62,238 bases of DNA from Thermoplasmatota archaeon (lineage in GTDB: Archaea > Thermoplasmatota > Poseidoniia > Poseidoniales > Thalassarchaeaceae), in NCBI GenBank assembly GCA_036336595.1, contig JAYZFV010000032.1, positions 1 to 62,238 on the forward strand. The letters run 5' to 3'. The stretch's first letter is position 1, and each line of letters begins with the position of its first letter. This document shows positions 18,800 to 25,998 of this stretch, in pieces. Under the pieces are notes generated by a model. That model ran no database searches, had not been told where the DNA came from, and saw only the letters and a list, made by a program, of their open reading frames with translations. The translations under genes and the position numbers were made by a program.

Positions 18800-20203
18800 C
18801 TAACGACCTCCTGAGAGTAACCCTGGGTGAGTGTCCAAGTAGTCGGTGGTGATGTTCCTTTCCCTAAAGTCGGACTCAGCCAGAATGGCTCGATGCAATG
18901 GTATCAGCGTATCGACGCCTAGTAGGATGGTCTCATCCAGGGCAGCATCAAGCCTGACGATCGCCTCCTCCCTTGAGGGTGCCCACGCAATGACCTTGGC
19001 AAGGAGGGAGTCGAAAGCATCTGGCATGTCATATCCCGTATGTGCGTGAGAGTCTATCCTGACACCCGGTCCGCCTGGCCAATGGCACTCCCAGACCTTG
19101 CCGGGAGAGGGGGTCAAGGTCACTGGATTCTCAGCGTTTATCCTCGCCTGAATGGCATGGCCATTCCACCTGATGCCTTGCTGGGACAAGGCGAGGTCTT
19201 CTCCCGCAGCGACTTGGATGCCTAAGGAGACCAAATCCAGCCCAGTGATCATCTCGGTGACGGTGTGTTCGACTTGAACTCGTGGATTGACCTCCATGAA
19301 GAAGAACTCCCCCTCGGCATCCCTCAGGAACTCGAAGGTCGCGAGGCCTTGGTATCCAATTGCCTCCGCGCCGGCGACCACAAGCGCGCCAATCTCCTGT
19401 CTTACATCTTCACTAAGCCAAGGCCCCTCTTCGAGGATCTTCTGGTGACGGCGTTGGATCGAACAGAATCTCTCGCCGAGGTGAATCGCCTTGCTGCCAT
19501 CACCCAGAACCTGGAACTCTATGTGCTCGGCGTCACCTATGAACTTCTCAAGGAAGACTCGATCATCGCCGAATGCAGATGCTGCTCTACCCTGGCATAG
19601 CCTCAGCGCAGACTGGAAGTCCTCCTTTTTCCCCACTACCTGCATCCCGATTCCACCACCTCCAGAGGCGGCTTTGATGATAAGCGGGAAACCGATCTCT
19701 GTGGCGATCTCGGATGCCTCTTCGGGATTGGCGACCGGTTTGTCCGAGCCCCTCGCCACAGGGATGCCGGCCTTTGACATCGCCTCCCGTGCAGCAATCT
19801 TATCTCCGAGCAGTCGGAGGGACTCGGGTGTCGGGCCGATGAATGTGACTCCCTCGTCAGCTAGGCGTTGGGCGAATGCTGCGTTCTCGGCGAGGAATCC
19901 ATAACCGGGGTGTACTGCATCTGCGCTGACGTCCTTGGCTGCGGCGACGATAGCCTCGATGTCCAGATACGAGGCCAGTGGATCGTCGCGGGGAATGTAA
20001 TATCCCTCGTCTGCTAGCCTGACGGGCAGCGATAAGCGGTCCTCCCTGCCATGGATGACGACAGCCTCCGTGCCCATCGATCGCAGAGAGCGTAGGATGC
20101 GGAGCGCGATCTCCCCACGGTTCGCGATGAGGACACGTCGGAACACGTCCCCCGCTGAGTGCACATTCGTATGAGTGAATCGGCCTACGAAATCAGTAGA
20201 CAT
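18800..20203 (-). CDS. accC: Biotin carboxylase (AccC / pyruvate carboxylase subunit A type)
   Basis: VLIANRGEIALRILRSLRSMG, HPGYGFLAENA, ATP-grasp GGGGIGMQVV, EVNPRVQVEHTVTE. Confidence 0.92.
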   Translation of the reverse strand: MSTDFVGRFTHTNVHSAGDVFRRVLIANRGEIALRILRSLRSMGTEAVVIHGREDRLSLPVRLADEGYYIPRDDPLASYLDIEAIVAAAKDVSADAVHPGYGFLAENAAFAQRLADEGVTFIGPTPESLRLLGDKIAAREAMSKAGIPVARGSDKPVANPEEASEIATEIGFPLIIKAASGGGGIGMQVVGKKEDFQSALRLCQGRAASAFGDDRVFLEKFIGDAEHIEFQVLGDGSKAIHLGERFCSIQRRHQKILEEGPWLSEDVRQEIGALVVAGAEAIGYQGLATFEFLRDAEGEFFFMEVNPRVQVEHTVTEMITGLDLVSLGIQVAAGEDLALSQQGIRWNGHAIQARINAENPVTLTPSPGKVWECHWPGGPGVRIDSHAHTGYDMPDAFDSLLAKVIAWAPSREEAIVRLDAALDETILLGVDTLIPLHRAILAESDFRERNITTDYLDTHPGLLSGGR

Positions 20204-21473
20204 CCCTGAGGTATCGCTTCTCTGTCTTCATCAGCCCGGTCTCGACGAAGTCCTTTGCCTCGTCCGGGCTCAAACCACCATACTCAGCGCAGATTTCAAT
20301 GAGGGTACTATGGACGTCCTTGGCCATGTAATTCTTGTCGCCGCATACGTAGAAGTGAGCCCCATCTTCTAACCAGTTCCAAATCTCCTCACCGTGCTGC
20401 TTCATGAGGTGCTGTACGTAGACCTTCTCAGGACCGGCCCTAGACCAAGCTAGGTCGTGCTTGGAAAGGACGCCACGTTCCTTCCAGTCATCCATCTCAT
20501 CCCTGTAGTAATACTCCCCCTCCTCGGTCCAATCCCCGAAGAAGAGCCAATTACGCCCGTTTGCTCCATCGATGTCTCGCTGTTGAAGAAAGGCCCTGAA
20601 TGGGGCGATTCCCGTGCCGGGTCCGACCATGATGATGTCAGTGGATCCGTCTTGGGGAAGGACAAACGAACGAGTCGGGGACATGAAGACCCCGACTTGC
20701 GTCGCGTTGGTGTCGCACCTTTCGGCCATGAAGCCGGTGCAGAGCCCGGTTCGGTCCCTGTTATGGTGATTGTACCGGACGACGGCTACGGTCAGATGAA
20801 CGGTGCCTTGCTCGAAGTCTGGACTGCTGGCAATCGAGTAGAGGCGGGGCTTGAGCCTGTCCATGCCATCAACCAACTGTTGTGGCGAGAACCCAATGTA
20901 CCCGAAGTCTGTGATGGCGTCGATGTAGTCCCTCGACCATATGTAGTCCTCCATGGATTTAGGATCGGAGGTCAGATCACTCCAGAGCGTGGCTGCCGGA
21001 TCGCCGGCAGCGCCAATCTCGACGTAGTCCTCTGGGACATCTTCGTCGGTGCCGCTGCCTTGCCAATCCACCAACAGGGAGCCATCCGAGGAGGAGTGGC
21101 GCTGACGTCTCACGATCCTCATCTCGATTGGTCCTGTTTCGTTTGACAGGCGGCCCCCCAGGCCCTCGATCCATTTCTTCGAGACACGATGGATCTCGTA
21201 TCTATCGGTGAGGGCCTCCCTCAGGGAACAGTCTCCATGGTGAGTCTCGACCTCTTCTTCTCCTGAGAAGTTGGTAGCGGACAGGAGTCCCTCGACCAAA
21301 TCCGGAGGGCACCTTGGAATGACACCGAGAGCGTCTCCGACCTTGTATGTCATGCCCGAGTCCCCCAGGTCGAACACGATGTGCCTAGTCTCCTTGCGAG
21401 AGCCATCCCCATTGAGGATGAAATTATGGGTAGAGGTAGAGAGAAACGGGTTCTTCGCACTCCAGTCGGACAT
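20193..21473 (-). CDS. FAD/NADPH-binding reductase of the CysJ / cytochrome-P450-reductase (FNR-like) family, no flavodoxin domain
   Basis: RLYSIASSP (FAD binding), MVGPGTGIAPFRAF (NADPH binding), C-terminal YLRDVY. The ORF starts directly with the FAD-connecting domain. The 3' end overlaps accC by 11 nt. Confidence 0.8.
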   Translation of the reverse strand: MSDWSAKNPFLSTSTHNFILNGDGSRKETRHIVFDLGDSGMTYKVGDALGVIPRCPPDLVEGLLSATNFSGEEEVETHHGDCSLREALTDRYEIHRVSKKWIEGLGGRLSNETGPIEMRIVRRQRHSSSDGSLLVDWQGSGTDEDVPEDYVEIGAAGDPAATLWSDLTSDPKSMEDYIWSRDYIDAITDFGYIGFSPQQLVDGMDRLKPRLYSIASSPDFEQGTVHLTVAVVRYNHHNRDRTGLCTGFMAERCDTNATQVGVFMSPTRSFVLPQDGSTDIIMVGPGTGIAPFRAFLQQRDIDGANGRNWLFFGDWTEEGEYYYRDEMDDWKERGVLSKHDLAWSRAGPEKVYVQHLMKQHGEEIWNWLEDGAHFYVCGDKNYMAKDVHSTLIEICAEYGGLSPDEAKDFVETGLMKTEKRYLRDVY

Positions 21474-21579
21474 GCCTTCACTCTCAGTGACCGGGAGTTG
21501 TAGTTCGTTTATGAACGAATGCGGAGGTGGTGCTCCTCTCGAAGCGAAGCATCAAGTCTCGGAGCCTCTAACGCAAGCC

Positions 21580-22371
21580 ATGGCGGAGGTTCTGTTCCTC
21601 GGAACCGGCAACGCATTCTCCCCCCCGGGGAGGATGCACGCCTTGGCCCTGATCGACGGCATCGTTCTGATCGACGCGCCGCCCACCGTCCTTCCGCAAC
21701 TCCGGCGTGCGGGCATTTCGCCCTCGGATATTCAGCACCTGCTAATCACCCACTGGCACGCCGACCACACCTTCGGATTTCCGTTCCTGATGCTCGACAG
21801 GGAGTGGCTGGCCCCGGATAGGAATGCCCGGAGTACGCTGAGCATCCACGCTAGGCCAGGGGGGAGGGAGCGTCTGAGCGAGCTCTGCGAAGTCGGTTTC
21901 CCCGGTAGCCTTGACGCCGCGCTCGGGGAACGAGCAGTCTGGTACGAAGATGAGATCGGGCCCCTAGAAGGGACACAATGGAGCTACGACAGGTTCCCCG
22001 TCAGTCACACTCCCGAGACCGATCCTCACGGGTACAAGCTGATGCACGAGAGTGGAATTTCTATCCTCCACTGCGGAGACTCGGGGCCATGCCAAGAAAT
22101 TGAGGAACGGGCCCCGGTTTCAGATGTCGTGATCCTGGAAATGGGGGTTCCCGACTATGTCGACAGCCCTCATCATCACAACCCGTCCCAAGTAATTTCG
22201 TTCTCTGAGCGGCACCCCCATGCCATGGTTCTGGTCACACACAACTTCGCCCGATCGCCAGATAGCGACCATGGATTCGAAGTACCCGAGTTGCCGAGTG
22301 GAATCCAACAACTCAACGACGGCGATCGTCTTGAAATCGGTGATGACGGTGAGTTATCATTGATAAATTAA
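21580..22371 (+). CDS. Metallo-beta-lactamase-fold hydrolase
   Basis: MAEVLFLGTGNAF... and the HxHxDH motif THWHADH. The ORF upstream of the ATG at 21580 is antisense to the CysJ-like gene. Confidence 0.8.
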   Translation: MAEVLFLGTGNAFSPPGRMHALALIDGIVLIDAPPTVLPQLRRAGISPSDIQHLLITHWHADHTFGFPFLMLDREWLAPDRNARSTLSIHARPGGRERLSELCEVGFPGSLDAALGERAVWYEDEIGPLEGTQWSYDRFPVSHTPETDPHGYKLMHESGISILHCGDSGPCQEIEERAPVSDVVILEMGVPDYVDSPHHHNPSQVISFSERHPHAMVLVTHNFARSPDSDHGFEVPELPSGIQQLNDGDRLEIGDDGELSLIN

Positions 22372-22800
22372 TATTGAATTATTTATCCCATATTTATACT
22401 GTAAATCCAATTCCTTACTTCCAAGAGCAATTATGGATTCCCTGGAAGTGAATTCTGCACAGTCCTGAAGCTGCGAACTTCCCCCAACTTCTAAGTGGTT
22501 GATCACAAAGGTTTACGAAGTTTCCAAAGGAGAAAAATAAATCGATAAAATATGGAGGAAACGATTGACTGCAAACTGTAAATTAGTAATGTATCCATTA
22601 TCCATTGATTGTAAAAATCGACATTACAAGACGTGGGTAATGCGTCGAAAATCTCAATCTTGCAAGACACTCTTATTACCTCCGACTGCCTCGGTTCAGG
22701 GTACGCACTTGCTAGCAATGAACCCAATGGGGTGGAGGATTAGCCATGAGTGGGTTTTTTGCGTTGGTGTTATTTAGTGGAAGGAAATATTTTCGAGAAG
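22372..22800. other. Candidate replication origin (AT-rich, ORB-like boxes) upstream of orc1/cdc6
   Basis: This is one of the strongly AT-rich non-coding stretches of the window and directly abuts orc1/cdc6. ORB-like boxes: TTCCCTGGAA (22438-22447), TTTCCAAAGGAG (22521-22532) and AGTGGAAGGAAAT (22786-22798), in opposed orientation around an A/T tract. Direct repeats ACTGTAAAT (22398, 22575) and TATGGA (22432, 22551). Confidence 0.5.
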
Positions 22801-24015
22801 ATTCTCGGACAGGATAGTCTCTTCACAGATAGGAAGGCTTTCGACCACGCGTTCGAACCCTCGCGCCTGCCTCATAGGGAGCACGAGGTCGATGCGCTCG
22901 TGCGAAACCTAGTCGATGCCCTCAATGGGCACATCCCCTCGAACATGCTCCTCTACGGTGTTCCTGGATCAGGCAAGACCGCAGTTACTAGGTTCGTGCT
23001 AGGGCAACTCCGAGAGAAGGGGAACGAGATGGGGCAGTTCGTGAATACCTACGAAATCAACTGCAGGAACGTGGACACGAAGTACAGGGTTGTTCAGACC
23101 ATTGCGAGTCAGTTGGCACAACGGGGCGACCCCCCCGTGCCGTTTACCGGATGGCCGACGGATAGGGTGATCGAGACCCTAATAATGAGGATGAGCAGGG
23201 CTGGGGGGGTTCACATCATTGTACTCGACGAGGTCGACAACCTAGTCGACCGAGCAGGAGATGACCTGCTATATGCGCTGACTAGCCTGAACACGGTGCT
23301 CGATAATGGCCGATGCTCGATTATAGGGATCAGCAACGATCTGCATTTTACACAGCATCTGGATCCAAGGGTGAGCTCGAGACTCAGCCAGGAGGATGTG
23401 GTGTTCCATCCCTACGTCGCGACGGAGATTCAGAACATTCTCGGCGAGCGCGCTGCGATGGGCATCAGGGAGGGCGTGCTCGAACAGGGCGTGATCAGGC
23501 TGTGCGCAGCGCTCGCTGCTCAGGAGCATGGGGATGCGCGGAGAGCGCTGGACCTGCTCAGAATCTCCGTTCAGAAGGCTGAGCAAAGGGCCCAGTCCAA
23601 GGTCGATACCAAGCATGTGAGGATGGCTCAGAGCCAGTTGGAGTACGATCAGGTTACGCCGGTGCTCAAAACGCTGCCCCTGCACCAGAAGCTAGTTCTG
23701 TTCTCGATCTGCTTGAATGAGGAGAACGGCCTGAGAAACATTTCGACCGGCGAGGTCTACCGTACCTATGCAGACGCCTGTACCAAAATCGGCATCGAAC
23801 CCCTGACCACCAGGCGAGTTTCGTCGCTGTTGAACGAGCTCGATACCATCGGACTGATCATGGCGAGAAACGTCAGCAAGGGCAGAGGCGGTCGGAGCAA
23901 GCAAGTTAACTCGGCCATTCCAAAGGCCATAGACGCGATTTCCCTGATGAGCGAGAGTGAGCCACTGATCAACGAGGCCTCATTTGGGAAGTACCACCTC
24001 CAAGGTCATCTTTGA
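22750..24015 (+). CDS. cdc6: Orc1/Cdc6 replication initiator
   Basis: LPHREHEVDAL, Walker A GVPGSGKTA, Walker B IIVLDEVD, sensor GISND, and a C-terminal winged helix (TGEVYRTYADAC...GLIMARNVSKGRGGRSK). No ATG at the N-terminus; GTG 22750, TTG 22759 or GTG 22777 are candidate starts. Confidence 0.92.
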   Translation: MGFLRWCYLVEGNIFEKILGQDSLFTDRKAFDHAFEPSRLPHREHEVDALVRNLVDALNGHIPSNMLLYGVPGSGKTAVTRFVLGQLREKGNEMGQFVNTYEINCRNVDTKYRVVQTIASQLAQRGDPPVPFTGWPTDRVIETLIMRMSRAGGVHIIVLDEVDNLVDRAGDDLLYALTSLNTVLDNGRCSIIGISNDLHFTQHLDPRVSSRLSQEDVVFHPYVATEIQNILGERAAMGIREGVLEQGVIRLCAALAAQEHGDARRALDLLRISVQKAEQRAQSKVDTKHVRMAQSQLEYDQVTPVLKTLPLHQKLVLFSICLNEENGLRNISTGEVYRTYADACTKIGIEPLTTRRVSSLLNELDTIGLIMARNVSKGRGGRSKQVNSAIPKAIDAISLMSESEPLINEASFGKYHLQGHL

Positions 24016-24065
24016 GCGGAACGGTTCAGACAACGGTTATACCGAAAGGGCAGGTCGCCGGCTCG

Positions 24066-24590
24066 ATGTCAGAAGATGACCACGAGTGGATGAATGCGCT
24101 GCTAAGACCGAGCAGCACCTTGTCCGCCGGTGCCATATTTATCGGGCTATGGGTGCTCTTCCTCACCGCAGTAAACATCGTTAGCGGCGCTTACTCACCG
24201 GGCCACAAGGTCCTGTGGATTGACTTCCTGACTGGTGGCGTCTCGACTAACACCGAGGAGATGGGGTTGGTTCTCGATGACGCGGTGTTCGGGGCTCTCG
24301 GTGTAGCGCTCCTAGCTGCTGGCATAGTTGGCATGGGTAAGTCTCGCGAGGACGGCTTCGCAGGCTGGTGCCTTGAAATGCCCCAGAATCCCATCTTCAC
24401 CAGCCTGTTGTCATCGAAAGATGGATTTGCCAGGACGTTGGCAAGCTGGATGATCCTAGCAGGAGCGGCTTTCTACCTCGTGTGGAGCGCATTGAACACA
24501 ACTTGGGTCGATCCCGGGGTGTACTCGGTCACGATTGCATTGGTAGCTTTTGGATTGGGACTCCACCTTCTACAAGCGGCGGAGTCGTGA
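24066..24590 (+). CDS. Hypothetical membrane protein (about 4 TM)
   Basis: Hydrophobic segments (AIFIGLWVLFLTAVNIV, FGALGVALLAAGIVGM, WMILAGAAFYLVWSAL, VTIALVAFGLGLHLL). First ATG at 24066; no recognised family. Confidence 0.45.
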   Translation: MSEDDHEWMNALLRPSSTLSAGAIFIGLWVLFLTAVNIVSGAYSPGHKVLWIDFLTGGVSTNTEEMGLVLDDAVFGALGVALLAAGIVGMGKSREDGFAGWCLEMPQNPIFTSLLSSKDGFARTLASWMILAGAAFYLVWSALNTTWVDPGVYSVTIALVAFGLGLHLLQAAES

Positions 24591-25610
24591 TCAATCACCG
24601 CTATCAAACCCACTCAGCAGCTTCCTGCAACGCTGTTTGGATTCCTCACTGCACCATCTGAGGACGACGCCTCTGCCCGGCTGCCCGTAGAGCACCACCG
24701 AGCCCAACGGGGCCAGGGGGTGCAAGATTAGTGGGGCAAGGTCCTCCTCCCCTACTACTTCTATGAGGTGGGTCGTACCATCTTCCATCCAAGAGGAGAC
24801 TGCGTGCTCACAGGCTTCCAATAGGGAGGGGGTGAGGGACCCGGCGGGACTCTCGCACTGCAACACCCCGTCGTATGCGGAGGGGTCAATCCCTTCGGCT
24901 CCTTCCCAAGGCTCCCTCCTGGTGAGTCCGTCAACTAGGGCGATGTCGGCGGGTCGGCCGAGGTCCTGCAGCGCGAGGACGGTCACGTCCCCGGCGGCGA
25001 TGACCGGTCCCCATTCAGACTCTATTTGAGAAAGCACCTCTGACATGGCTATGGAAGGATCGGCCTCTGGTCCCGGTACCAACTGGCCGAACGGATCCTT
25101 GAGCTCTGCCTCGACCTCGGGAGTCAGGTTGATTCTGCCCTCTCTCAACGGGTTCGGGATCCAAGGCATACCCGCGCGGTCAATCTCCCCATTCCTGATT
25201 CGAGAGCTTGAGAGCGGCCCCCCATCCCAAGCCCTGAGGTGCTGCACCTCGATGACCTCGAGCGGCTGAAGTTGGTTCTGCAATCTCATTGAATTGATCG
25301 CGTCGCATCTAGGCCGCGTCTCCGGGGTGCAGATAATGGCCCCGGCCTCCAGATGAGTGGGGGCTGGACCATATGGGTCCTCGAGGACTCCAAAGCTAAT
25401 GCGCTCAGGTGACTCCGGGGCCATTCTGTCGCGTATGCCCTGACAACGCTCCTCCCAACTCAGTACCCGGGGATCCTTGGAGCGGGCGGATGAATCTGAG
25501 GTAAGCCACACCTCCAAAGAGGCGCAGGAATCGAGAGATCTCCCTATGAGTCGAGCATGGCCATCATGGAATCGATCGAAGGTGCCGCCGATGAGGCCGA
25601 CTTCATGCAT
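24591..25610 (-). CDS. Fusion of archaeal phosphopantetheine adenylyltransferase and a DUF359 (GTP-dependent dephospho-CoA kinase) domain
   Basis: N-terminal half: GLIGGTFDRFHDGHARLI and SSSRIRNGE (cytidylyltransferase HxGH / S-x-x-R-I-R motifs). C-terminal half: AAGDVTVLAL..GRPADIALVDGLTRRE, VVGEEDLAPL and VVLYGQPGRGVV, the DUF359 signature. ATG 25610 preferred over GTG 25685. Confidence 0.78.
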   Translation of the reverse strand: MHEVGLIGGTFDRFHDGHARLIGRSLDSCASLEVWLTSDSSARSKDPRVLSWEERCQGIRDRMAPESPERISFGVLEDPYGPAPTHLEAGAIICTPETRPRCDAINSMRLQNQLQPLEVIEVQHLRAWDGGPLSSSRIRNGEIDRAGMPWIPNPLREGRINLTPEVEAELKDPFGQLVPGPEADPSIAMSEVLSQIESEWGPVIAAGDVTVLALQDLGRPADIALVDGLTRREPWEGAEGIDPSAYDGVLQCESPAGSLTPSLLEACEHAVSSWMEDGTTHLIEVVGEEDLAPLILHPLAPLGSVVLYGQPGRGVVLRWCSEESKQRCRKLLSGFDSGD

Positions 25611-25998
25611 CAGGGTTCCGCCAGTAGGCCATGCTTTGAGTGCTGTGGGGAAATGTGTGCCCCGGGGCGTAACGGCCACCTTCACGGCGTAGCTCGGGCG
25701 CCTGACCCACCCCGGGACGTCTGTCGGATTGCGGGGTAGTCCCTTGATTCATTCTATACAGTCCTCAGGGGACCTAACGCGATCCGGCCACCTGAATTGC
25801 GCCAACGATCACACCGCACAGACGGTCACGCTGGTCTTCGACAGGTGGTCACCCATTCCGTGGTGCCGTGTTTCATCCTCCACCTCCGGCGAGGGGGTTT
25901 CGTCCGCACGGTGTTGCCGGTTGGGCATCATGCGGCACCCTGAGACGCACAAGAACCCAACGGTGGTTGAAAAGTGCGGTTTCCGACGGACTTTCGAA

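Noticed and set aside
21271-21579. N-terminal 103 codons of ORF 21271..22371 (an extended MBL hydrolase).
   Set aside because: This region is antisense to the 5' end of the CysJ-like gene. MBL similarity, and a typical MAEVLFLGTG N-terminus, begin at the ATG at 21580.
25611-25998. SRP (7S) RNA as the identity of the long GC-rich gap.
   Set aside because: Neither strand contains the conserved helix-8 motif (..GGCCCGGAAGGGAGCA..-like GNAR loop with an AGCA bulge). The GUAGUCCC resemblance to the Alu domain is isolated.
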